This document shows, piece by piece, positions 12,180-24,172 of a DNA stretch of 64,000 nucleotides (positions are counted from its first letter, which is position 1; every line of letters begins with the position of its first letter). The DNA is from Octopus vulgaris (taxonomy: Eukaryota). The notes under the pieces are model-generated. The model had not been told where the DNA came from. It ran no database searches and saw only the letters and a list, made by a program, of their open reading frames with translations. The stretch lies in assembly GCA_951406725.2 (NCBI GenBank), contig OX597814.1, positions 102,052,001 through 102,116,000 on the forward strand. Direction: 5' to 3'. A program made the position numbers and the translations under genes.

Positions 12180-14720
12180 CATCAATGCCAAGGTACAAGT
12201 GGCATTTTGTGGCAGACGAGATTGAGGATTTTTATACAACTCTTCGTTCAACCATTGAGCAAGTACCATACTTTTCTAGTTATAGCTGGTAATCTGAATG
12301 CTAAACTAGGACCCGATAAGACCAAGTTTACTCTCAACTCTAAAACTAATCGGAACGGGGAAATACTCAAAGACTTTTTAGAGGAATTTAATCTTTACAC
12401 CTCCAACAATTATTTTATGAAACCAAAAGGACAACTTTGGACATTCGAGTATCCATCTGGTGACAGGGCACAAATTGACTACCTCATTTTTCGAAAGAAG
12501 TGGCGAAATAGTGTCAAAGACTCGAGATCCTACTCTTCCTTTAGTTCTTTTGGTTCCGACCACAAAATTGTATCAGCTACCGTTAAGCTTATTCTTCGCT
12601 CATCCAAAAAAGCTAAGCCTCATCAGATAAAAACGATCGACTGGAAGGAAGTCTCGTCTAACCCCGATATGTCCAAGCAATTTACCATTGAGGTCTATAA
12701 CAAATTTCAATCTTTGTCTACTTCTGAAATAGATGGTGAGAACATTGAAGAAGTTTACAGTAGCCTCATCAAATCAACAGAGGAAGTTGCACTGGCTACT
12801 CTACCCAAAAAGTAGAGTAGGGACCAGAGCAAGCCTTCTAATTCCCTAAATGTCATCGAAGCCAGAAACCATCTAAAGTCTATATCACTAGCCTACCACC
12901 GTTCTCCATCCCAGTCACTGAAGATCCAACTCATAACTGCCAAGAAGAATCTTGATGATGTTTACTTGAACGCCGAGGTCGACTCTATTAACGGCAAAAT
13001 TAGCAAACTATCCAAAGAGCACATTAGTAAATAACACAGTCTTGCCTGGAAATCTATCAAAGACCTATCAGGCAAAAATTCTGGGTCATCAATTAGAATC
13101 AAAGCGGGATCAGCTAAGAAGCGTTTAGAAAATTGGTCAATTCATTTTTAAAACCTTCTTGGAAAGAATGCCACAATCCCCGATAACCCCACTCTTCCAA
13201 GTGTGCCTATATCAGATACGCTGGACATCAACACCTTCCCTTTTACCATATTTGAACTAACAGCAGCCACTAAACAACTGAAAGCCTCGAAAACTTTTGG
13301 TCCCGACAACATCCCAGCTATAATTTGGAAGGATGATAGATTTCACGTACTTTTGCTAAATCTTTGCAAACACACACTTTCCACTTTTATAGCTCCAAAG
13401 ATTTGGCACCAATCTCAAATCATCCTAATACCCAAAAAAGGCGATTTATCCCTCGTCACCAACTACAGGGGTTTATCTCTAATGTCAATTGATGCAAAAT
13501 TGTACAACAAACTGATTCTAAACCGTCTCGTCCCTTTTGTTGAACCTTTGCTCCGAAAGAATCAAAATAGATTCAGACATGGGCGCTCAACGTTGAGCCA
13601 AATACTATGCCTACGCAGACTCATTGAAGAATCAAAAGCATTTAATCGCGATCTTGCAATGGTGTTTGTAGACTTTTCTAAAGCGTTCGACTCTGTAGAT
13701 AGGTACAAGATGTTTGAAATCCTTAAGCTCTATGGGATTCCAGACAAAATCATTTCTGCCATCAAGGTCCTCTACACAGATACGTCTTCAACCATCTTAA
13801 CCCATGATGGGGAAACATCATCTTTCTCAATCTGCAAGGAGACACACTCGTCCCATTTCTCTTGTCGTTGACTATGTGCTACGTATGTCAGTTGATACCA
13901 TTTCTTGTAAGGGCTTTGAAATAAAACCTAGAAGAAGTTCCAGACACCCAGCTGAACACTGAACGGACACTGACTTTGCTGACGACATCGATCTTATCAG
14001 TGATTCTCTCTCCAATGCCCAGTCTCTTTTACAATATCTTAAATAAGCATCAAATTGTGTATGTCTTTACCTCAATGAGTCCAAGACTGAATATGTAAAC
14101 AAGTGCCTGTCCAACAGTGATTTCATCATCCATACTCTCAACAATACCCTCTTAAATATGGTTTCTGATTACAAATATCTTGGGTCATACATATCATCAT
14201 CTGAAAAAGATTTTCTAACTAGAAAGTGTATGGCCTGGTCAGCCTGTAATGATATGCATAAGATCTGATCATCAAATCTAAGTAGGGATTTCAAACTTAA
14301 AATCTTCAAAGCCACAGTCGAACCAATTCTACTATATGGCTCAGAAGCCTGGACGTAATCAAAGAAGCTTGAGAGGCGGTTGGATAGAACTTACACTCGC
14401 CTCCTTATGAGAGCTCAAAATCTCTCGTGGAAGTACAAATATATGAGAAATTACCACTTGTATCATCTCTTGTGAAAGGTAGAAGAGTTCAGTTTGCTGG
14501 ACATTGTTGTAGAGCTGAAAACGAGGTAATTTCTACTCTTCTCCTCTGGAAGCCATCTGCTTGCGATACCAGAGGGCGCACACTCTCATACTCTGATGTA
14601 ATCTCCAGGGATACAGGCATCCAGCACCGGGACCTCCGTAATGCTATGATTGACCGTGAAGTCAGGTGTACCATAGTAAATTCCATTGTCTCGACCACGG
14701 TCGAACAATGATGATGATGA
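12180..14720 (+). mobile_element. RTE-clade LINE pseudogene, APE + RT (also ~36349-38889)
   Basis: APE motifs GNLNAKLG, QIDYLI, SDH; RT motifs PKKGD..NYRGLSL, FVDFSKAFDSV, DFADDI; (TGA)n tail at 14709-14720; stops and frameshifts. Confidence 0.92.
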
Positions 14721-15006
14721 AAACAACTATTTTGGCATTCGTTCATCCGCCATTTGAACAATATGCCCACATCATCTTATTTGGTTCCTCAAAATCATAG
14801 CTTTAATTGAGGTGATGCCTGCAGATGCAAGGACATCTGTGTTTGGAGTAAAAGAAATATATTTAATGCTTAATTTGCGATGAAGGCATTTTAGTTACAA
14901 TTATTCTAACAATTTAAAATGCCTTTCATAACAAGACCATATTCCACAAGGATACAGCAGGGATGGTAAGACAAATGATTTGTAAAGAGCCAGCTTTTTA
15001 TTCTTA

Positions 15007-16417
15007 TTAATTTGTCGCAGGCACCAAACGCGTGACTCCAAGCCACGAAATGCTTTTGCTGCCCTTTGAATTCGTTTTGAATTTCAGTCTAGTTAGATTT
15101 TTAAAATTCACTGTTGTTCGATATTTTATGTAAATACCCTCCTCAGAGTTTTGAAAAGCATGTGACAACACAACGGCAAATGATATTGCAAAGAGAGTGG
15201 GTGGATCAAGGTCTCCTTGCTTTACTCCATTTTCCACGGCAAAAGGTCCAGAGAGCCTACCACCAAAGTTAATTCTAGCTTTCATATCTTGATGCAAGGA
15301 CCTGATCATGTTTACAAATTTGTCTGGACAACCTAATTTCCTTAGAATTAGCTACAGAGCATTTCAATTAACAGTATCGAATGCTTTGCTCAAATCAACA
15401 AGCAATGGTATAGAGCAAGATTCTGTTCAATTCACTTTACTTGTAATTGTCTGATGGTAAAGATACAAGCAACTGTGCCCCTGGAGGAGTGAAAACCACA
15501 CTGAGACTCAGACTCTATGAAAGTATTTAAACGTTCCAACAAACTGCGGGCAAGTACCTTTACAGACAAATGTGAAATCCCATGAAAATTGCCACACAGA
15601 TCCTTTGGCCCCCATTTATACAAGGAGACTAAAATGGCATCAATCCAGTCTTGAGACACTTTCTCAGTTCTCCAACAGTGACAAATTAACATATTTAAGA
15701 GTTCAAACATTTTGTCACCCTTATATTTCAAAACTTCTGCGCAGATTCTATCAGATCTTGGAGACTTATTGTTATTCAGTTTATCCACAGCTAAATAAAT
15801 GTCATTTAGAGTTGGTTCAAATGACATCTCTTCTAAAGCTGGAAGGTGTTCAATTTTTTTTGTCGTCGTCATGTCAGCGAATGATGGTTTATTCAAAGGT
15901 GCAGAAAAATGTACTGTCAAGTGCTTATGAATAGAAACGGTGTCAGTCAAAAGCAAACATCCATTTACTGTTCCCAGTAGACCTATTGAAGAAGATTTTG
16001 GGCCATATACCTCCTTAACATAAGAGTACAAACCCTTGGCATCATTTCTATCAGCTGCTTCTTCTGCCCCTTTTGCTCTGTCATTCCACCATTCCTGTTT
16101 AATTTTCCTTAGAGCAGTCTGCACTTTCCCTTTCAGCTTTTTGTAAGCTTCGTTTGAATTGGGGTTCAAGAACTGAGAAAGAAGTGTATTGCCCAAGTTT
16201 TATTTTTCTAAAAGAAGATTATAAATTTCTGCTGATCTATCTGAGAACCAGTTACTGGACTTACGTGATTTAAATCCTACTGACAAACTTGTAGCCTGAA
16301 ATACTTTTGTTTTGAAATCTTCCCATAGATTGTTTGATTTAAGATTGATATTTTCTATAGCTTCGTGGAATCTTTGCAAGTTGCATGAGAATTTAAAGTT
16401 TGCAAAAGATAGGTTTC

Positions 16418-16418
<1 letters not shown>
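15007..16418 (-). mobile_element. Second RTE-clade LINE fragment (also ~39176-41420, with an internal 4x amplification)
   Basis: Minus ORFs: KGLYSYVKEVYGP, WIDAILVSLYK..GNFHGIS, ESQCGF..RGT, ENGVKQGD..PTLF. Confidence 0.88.
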
Positions 16419-16448
<30 letters not shown>

Positions 16449-16472
16449 CATACATACATACATACATACATA

Positions 16473-17470
16473 CCAGAATTCTATGCATTCAATAAAACAG
16501 TGGCCCACAATGTGTTTGCTGTGTCAGTACTCCTACCAAAATTTGGGCTGCTTGAATGGACGCTTGATGAGATCCGAGCCATTGATGTGAAAACCCTAAT
16601 AATACTAACGAAAAACGAAAAAAAGTGGCGTAGGCTTAACATCGATCCAAAATGCCTTTGAATGTCGCATCAAATCCCTTCGGCAACATCCTTTAACCAC
16701 CAAGTGTCGAAATGCATCCCTTGAGTAAGTTTGCATATATGAGGCTGATAACATCGTAAGACTTGGAAGGCAGTTCCTTGAGCAACACTCTTGTCTGATA
16801 ACCTAGAATACATGCCCAAATAAGTCGCACGACTCTACCGCAACGTATCATCAGATGAAAGAATCAGCCCATATGGGCAGAAGTCTATGCATGGATATGT
16901 TAGTAGAAAGTTCCGAGATGATAGTAACATTGATAATCAAAGCAGTTTATCATGGACGAATAGCCGGATTACTACCTTCCACTCTGAAGGGTATGCGTTT
17001 GCAATCCAGGAACAGGAAATATCAACCAAGTACCTGATGCACAAAAGGGACAGAGATACGGGAAAAGCAGTAAAATGTGACAACCGATGCATACATTGTG
17101 GAGTTCGCAATAAAGATATCACCCACATTGTAAGCAGTTGTCCGAAATTGTTATCACTGTATTATCTACCGATGTGACATGATGTTGTATCTAGGACTCT
17201 ATAATGAAATTCGTCGGAAAGATAATCTCAGGACAAATAAATAAGAACCCAAAATATGGTAGAAACCAAAACCACTCATAATAAAAAAGAATACTGGTGG
17301 AATGTCCGAGTGAAGACTTCAATAAAATGTAAGCACAACAGACCTAATATAATGATCTAGGATAGAGAAGATAAACTGTGCACAGTTGTGGAAATTACCT
17401 ACTCAGCCGATGTTAACATAAAGCTGAAGATCAGTGAAAAAGAGGACGCCTATGCTGAATTATTGAGAAA
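16473..17470 (+). mobile_element. 5'-truncated R4/Dong-like RLE retrotransposon (also ~41461-42460)
   Basis: AFNKTVAHNVFAVSVLLPKFGLLEW; CCHC finger CIHCG..ITHIVSSC; REL KHNRP..IM..DREDKLCTVVEI..ADVNI; flanked by CATA repeats on both sides. Confidence 0.85.
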
Positions 17471-17491
17471 TCATACATACATACATATAAA

Positions 17492-17600
17492 CAAAAGTAC
17501 CCTGTTGATTTTGAAGTTCCAATGAAAGAGCCTTGGATCTAGGTTAGAAACCTGTTCTTTCTCTATTGGCAAGAAATCTTGAAATAAACTGGATAATGAC
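17492..17600. mobile_element. ~100-bp repeat flanked by CATA, probably an R4-like 3' UTR; inverted homolog at 2943-3046
   Basis: CTAGGTTAGAA..TTCTTTCTCTATTGGCAAGAAATCTTGAAATAA is shared, in opposite orientation, with the TLR intron. Confidence 0.6.
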
Positions 17601-17937
17601 ATACATACGTATATATAGACATACATATGTTAAAATACATGTACGTGTACATATATGAGCGTATATACATATATGTGTGTGTGTGTGTGTGTTCGTGTGT
17701 TTTTTTCTGTGTGTCTACAAACGGACGGACGACTGAAATGATGAACAGTTGATTGATTGATAGATTGACAGAAGAGTATACGTGTATATTCACTCACACA
17801 TGCACACACACACCCACACACACACAAACACACACAAACACACACACATAAACACGCACACACGAGTCTAGCCTGAATACGTGTGCACTTAAGAATAATG
17901 AATTATTTTCATACATACGTTTCATATATACATACAT

Positions 17938-18155
17938 ACTCTTTACTCTCTTTACTCTTTTACTTGTTTCAGTCATTTGATTGTAGCCATGCTGGAGCAC
18001 CGCATTTAGTCGAGCAGATCTACCACAGGACTTATTCTTTGTAAGCCTAGTACTTAATCTATTTGTCGCTTATGCCGAACCGCTAAGCTACAGCGACGTA
18101 AACACACCAGCATCGGTTGTCAAGCGATGTTGGGGGGACAAACACAGACACACAA

Positions 18156-18190
<35 letters not shown>
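17938..18190 (-). mobile_element. tRNA-derived SINE, 3' part (also 42937-43178)
   Basis: Recognised from memory as an abundant octopus SINE body (CTCTTTTACTTGTTTCAGTCATTTG..GCCGAACCGCTAAG..); it continues after the Penelope insertion at 22363. Confidence 0.75.
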
Positions 18191-18240
<50 letters not shown>

Positions 18241-18243
18241 TTA

Positions 18244-20913
18244 TTATTATTATTGTTCAGTCAGATAAAACTAGGAATCTCTATAAATTGGATGTTAAAT
18301 TATAAGATAACATTTTAGAGAAAGAAATAATTAAAAAATATAAAATTGTTCCAGATAGTATACTTTATTATATTAATAAGGCCTCTAAATTAGTAATGAT
18401 AAACTATGAATTGGATAATGAAACTGAACCTTATGTACCTATGCACCCTAGAATTACTCTGAAAGACCAGAAAGATAATTTTTATTCAGACCCTAAAGCT
18501 AGATTAATTTTTCCATGTAAATCTGACCTTGGTAAATTGAGTAAACTTATTTTAGATAAATATATTAATAAATTAAATAAACTTAATTACTTAAAATTAT
18601 GGTTTAGTAATAATCATACTTTAAATTGGTTTAATAATATTAAAGATTAAAATCGATATAAATTTATTCAAATACATATAGATAATTGCTATTCTTGTAT
18701 TAATGTAATTGTGTTTAATAAGGCCCTTATTTTTGCAATGAATAAAGTGGGAATGACTTTTGAAGAGGTTAACATAATTAAAATGGCTAGGAAATCGTTT
18801 ATAAAATATAAAAATAAATAATGGGCTAGGAAAGATACTAGCGAATTTTTTATATACCTATGGGAGCACCTGATTCTGCACAAGCTACGGATTTAGTAGG
18901 TATTTATCTTTTATCTGAACTCCAATTACAAAATTTAAAAATAGAGGGTGGTTTATATAGGGATGACCTTCTACTAATTACTAAGAATTGCACTAATAGG
19001 AACCTAGACGTATATAAGAAAAAACTTTATAGTTTCTTCTTTAAAAGATATGGTTTAAGTATTACTATATATAATGAGAATTTTAATGTTAATTATTTAG
19101 ATGCTAATTTTAATCTAATTACGAGTAAACCACAACCATATCATAAACTTAATGAGAACCTTAGATATATAAATGTTAATAGTAATCACCCACCATCAAT
19201 TAAAAAATCGTTGATTAATAATATAAGTAAACGTATAACATTACATTCTTATGATTTAGAGATTTTTAATAAACATGCTCCTTATTACAATGAGGCCCTT
19301 AGAGAGGCAGGTTATAATAGTAATATTAAATTTTTTTATTAAAAATAAAGATAAAACTTTTAATAATAGTGATAAAAATATTAATAATAATTATAATAAT
19401 TTTGTTAGTAATATTGGTAATAATCTTAGAAATTATAAAAATAAAAATAATATAAATAAAAATAAGAATAAAAATAAAAATAATAACTTTAATAATTCTT
19501 TAAATGTTAATTATAAATTTAAATCTAATAATAATAATAATAATATGATAAAGAAATATAATACTAATAATGGTAACAATAATAATGACAGTTTTAATAA
19601 TAATAATAAGAAAAATAAGAATAAAATTTGGTTAATAGTTCCTTATGGTGCTCAAGTTGATAAGAACATGGTTAAAGAGATTTTAGATATTATTAAACTA
19701 TTTATTCGAGATAATCGTAAATATAAAAACATATTCTCTAGTAATAATTTTGGAGAAGGTTATTCTACCACTAATAGTGTAAGTAACATTATTTCTTCTT
19801 TTAACAAATTTGAGCTGAATAATTTTTATAAAAATAAATTATATAATAATACCAATAATAAAAAAGATAATACACTAATTAACTGTACATGTAGAGATAA
19901 AACTAAATGCAACGTAAATAATAAATGTGATATTAACGATGTAGTGTATAAATGTATAGTTACATTACATGATGAGAATAATAAAAATAATAATAACTCA
20001 AACGCGATATATATAGGGTATACTTCCTCTAAAATAAAATTAAGAATCGCACAGCATATGCATTCATTTAAAAATAAAAACTTAATTAACTCCACTGGAC
20101 TTAGCAAGTACATTTGGGGACTGAAATCCCAAAATATTAATTATGATTTATCTTAGGAAATAATTAGTAAGGCTAAATCATATAGTATAGGAGGAGAACT
20201 TTTGTTATTTATGTTCAAATTAGTTTCAGGAAATTTTATTTTATAAGCATGATAATTTAGTAAATACCTGGGATGAGCGCAAAATAAGATGCAGAGATAA
20301 GTTACTTTACTTATATAATAAATTTCTTGATAAATAATGAATATTTCTTAGCCTTAATTAGCTCAGTATTTGTTGATTTATGTAATAGTATTCTAAATAT
20401 AGCAGGTGATTTGTAGTACTTATTATATTAGTTTATTTTAGTTATTTAGGTTCCGTTTTTAATTATAATTAGATTATATATAGTTTTTTATTTTATTACT
20501 AAATATCTTATTACTAAATATATTTTTTAATAAATATTTAATGGTTTATTGAATATAGAGTTTGGTAAGTTACAATTTTATTTATCTTATATTAAAGTCA
20601 AGTTTATATATTTTGTTATATTTCTGTTATAATTTTGTTAAATTATAATTTTGTTATATTAATCTATTTGTATGTAATCTCTTTATATTTGAAATAGATT
20701 TATTTAGTTGTTTATTTAATCTATTTTATTTAATATAGAAGTATAGATTAGTAAGATTAAATATTTAGATTAAACTTAATGTTTACCTCAATTTTTGTAT
20801 TGTAGTATGTCCATGTATGTATGTGTGTGCATATGTGTATGTGTGTATATGTGTGTATATATGTGTATATATGTATATGTATGTATGTGTGTATGTATGT
20901 GTATATATATATG

Positions 20914-20969
<56 letters not shown>

Positions 20970-22335
20970 GTATGTATATTTATATTTATATATATATGTA
21001 TACGTATGTATAGTTATACTGCAAATTTTGATAACTATTTTAGAGTTTTGGTTATGATCACTAATCTTAGCTTATAATTATAAGAGAATGGGGAAAGACT
21101 TTATAGTACGATGAGTGGTTACTATAAAAAAAAATTTTATATATTTATTTATCATATAAGATTTTTAGAATATATTTAATAATTACTGGTTTTTAATCAA
21201 TTAAATTATTTAATTTATTTTGTGTTAAGTATTATTTATCATAGTTATTTTATTAATAAATCTTATAGTATAGAGTGATTTCATTCTTTATTTGTGACTT
21301 CATTCTATTTACACTGATAAACCATTAATGTTCCCATTCACAATCTTCATTGATAAAGCGTATTTGTTCCTCACGCTTAATGAATTCTTCAACAATTTAT
21401 TCTTTTTTTGCTAATAACGTAATTCCACGAGTATTCTTATAAACGCTGTAAAGATGTTTTCCGATTCAAAATTTTAGTTCATTACAAAACCTAGCTGAGG
21501 TAAGTATTTATTTATATTTAAGATCTTTCAATTGTAAATTTTTATATTATATAAGTCTTTGGTGTAATAATATTTTCCTTATGTAAATATCGTTGTTTAT
21601 GTAATGATCTAATTATCGTATATATGTGCATATATATTCATTTATGGAGGGTTTTTTTTAGATCTTAATTATAAAATACATTTATATATTTATGTAATTA
21701 GTTATAGACTATTACCGATATGAGATTATTGGTGGGTTTCATACCTTATAAATTAAAATTAATATTTAACATTATAATCGATTTTCATATAATAATAATT
21801 GTTAAGTTTTAAGTTTCTAGTTTGATAATAGAGTTTTTTATAAGTAAAGTTATTATATTATTTATATCTTTAAAAAATTGTTTAAATATTTCTGATTATT
21901 TTTAAAATATTTCAATTAACCTGAAGATTGACTGTAACCATAACACGAATTATTAATTGAATTTAAATTATTGTTATTCGAATTGGTACAGCCATGAAAC
22001 GATCGTAGTGTTTTACTCTTTATCTTTTATTAAACGTTTAATACTTTTGATATATAAATATAAAATATACATACATATATATATATATATTTGTATATAT
22101 ATATAAAATTTATAAGTTTAAATTATTTAAATAATTTTTAATTTTTAACTTTTATATTTTTAAGTTAATTTTATGTATTGGCTTATGTTTTTCACTGTTT
22201 GATTTGCCTAATAGTGGTTTTATCTCTAATTTAATATAATATAATATAATATAATATATTTATATTATAAAATTGGATTTGATCCTAAATCTAATTTTCC
22301 CCGTAAGTTTGGATTTATTCCCTAATATTATTAAT
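18244..22335 (+). mobile_element. 5'-truncated Penelope-like element, RT + GIY-YIG, probably Nematis-type (also ~44425-49340)
   Basis: IIVQSDKTRNLY; PMGAPDSAQATDLVGIYLL; GGLYRDDLL; SNHPPSI; Asn-rich linker; CTCRDKTKC..VVYKC..YIGYT..RIAQH..STGLSKYIWGLK; both ends lie in (TA)n; several stops. Confidence 0.9.
21918..22010 (+). ncRNA. Minimal type I hammerhead ribozyme-like motif in the Penelope 3' region
   Basis: CTGAAGA (21921) - long stem II (TGACTGTA.CCA/TGGTACAGCCA, CGAAT/ATTCG) - GAAA (21996) - C-GATC-G palindromic stem III - TA; stem I only 2 clear bp. Confidence 0.7.
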
Positions 22336-22362
22336 ATTTATATATATATATATATACATATA

Positions 22363-22526
22363 TACGACGGGCTTCTTTCAGTTTCCGTCTACCAAATTCA
22401 GTCACAAGGCTTTGGTCGACCCGAGGCTATAGTAGAAACACTTGCCCAAGGTGCCACGCAGTGGAACTGAACTCAGAACTATTTGTTTGATAAACAAGCT
22501 ACATACCACACAGCCACTCTTACGCC
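22363..22526 (-). mobile_element. tRNA-derived SINE head, 5' part (also 49368-49531)
   Basis: Minus strand GGCGTAAGAGTGGCTGTGTGG (A-box-like) ... GAGTTCAGTTCC (B-box-like) ... GTGGCACCTTGGGCAAG. Confidence 0.8.
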
Positions 22527-23001
22527 TATATTTTTTTCATACATATATTTTCTATATTAATGTTATTTCTAGCAATGATGGCGAAACATGATATTTATAA
22601 TATAAAGTTAAATACACTCAAATACTGTCAAGTGTCCACCTCAACGAATATTTTAGCTATTAAGGAAAAGTATTAACAGAAACAACACATAACAAAACAA
22701 AAAATATGAAAAACAAACGACGATGACATGGTTTATTGTTTCTTTAAAACCACATTTAAGGAAGAGTCCTTCAATAACAGGAATTATAACACAAGAGTGG
22801 GCAATCCTATTTCCTATTATATATATATATATATATATACACATACATATATATATGTATATATGTATATATATTTATATATATACATATATATATATTT
22901 ATGTACATATATACATACCTATATATATATGCGTACATACACACACACACACATATAAATATATATATATGAATGCATACATAGATATCTGCTTGCGTGT
23001 G

Positions 23002-23043
<42 letters not shown>

Positions 23044-23765
23044 CATACATACATGCGTGCGCGCATGCTTGCATGTGTATACACTCAAAAAACACACCTA
23101 AAAATGTGTAAGTGCACGTGAGGTTTTGTATGTGTATAAATGCGTGAGAGAGTGTGTTTGTGTATGTGTATGTGAGTGTTTGTGTGCGTGTTTGTGTGAG
23201 TGTGTGTGTGTGTGTGTGTGTGCGTGTTCATGAATTTTTTTTTAAATCCTCTCTTGCTCTACTAACTTCATTGGTCAAATACGTCTGCCAATAACAAAAG
23301 CTTAAATTCCTATTACATCTTTTAGCGAATCACTGCAAAATTCAACAAAAGACAACTCCATACATGGAAGAACGAAAGCCTCGCTGATTATGCTGTCAGG
23401 ATACAACTGAAATTTTACTTTACGGCGTACATATCATATTGGCGAGACAGAACCTAAGCCCGTGGACGAGGAGTAGAAATGGTTTACTCAGATTTACATA
23501 TTACATTTAAGTTAGATCGAAAACTTGCAACATATCTTATATTTGTTCCAGATTAATGGAAAACGGCCGTTAATCATACATAAATGATTCACATACGCTG
23601 AAGACAAAGATATAATTTATTATTATTACTTCACACTGCCAGCAGAGTAATAATAACCATCTATCTTTAATTATATTATCACTAGATCGGGAAGCTTGTT
23701 TTCATTTATATCGCTAAATACCGGAATATAAAATGAAAACGAACAGATTATGAAGTCGATCAACA

Positions 23766-23868
23766 ATTCCACCTGAAAGTATTCCAATATTTAAAATCAT
23801 TAGACCCACTAAATTTGGATAATCCATTGGAACATTTACTGCCAAGCACTTTCCGCGATTTTTGGTCT
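23766..23868 (+). pseudogene. Decayed TLR/LRR coding relic upstream of the start codon (also 50899-51004)
   Basis: With one frameshift it reads IPPE/VFQYLKSLDPLNLDNPLEHLLPSTFRDFWS, versus TLR IPPDIIRHLNLLEVLKVDDNLLEYLLPNTFQGLWS. Confidence 0.75.
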
Positions 23869-24172
23869 CATTCAGATAGAAAACTTGTCTTTCCTTATTA
23901 CGAAAATATACTAAATGTATATACGTAATATTATCTCAAATGAACTTCGATTGAATGCTTTATCCACACTTATAGCAATCAGTTACGTAAGTAGCTTTAA
24001 CTTATAGCAAAAGTTTTAGTCTTTCACATATTAACACAACCAATCAGGTCGAGATTTCATTATTTTGGATCTTTCTTTTGACGTTTAACCTAGTTTTCCA
24101 TAGCAATCTATTAAAAAATTAGCATTAAATTACTTGCGTTTCTTCATTTCTGGCTGTAATGCTTATCTAAAG

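Noticed and set aside
23640-24170. NF-kB or other immune transcription-factor sites upstream of the TLR
   Set aside because: No good GGGRNNYYCC match seen and the TSS is unknown
24134-24172. N-terminal extension of TLR copy 2
   Set aside because: It starts at TTG, and the equivalent frame has a TGA in copy 3; ATG 24173 precedes the signal peptide
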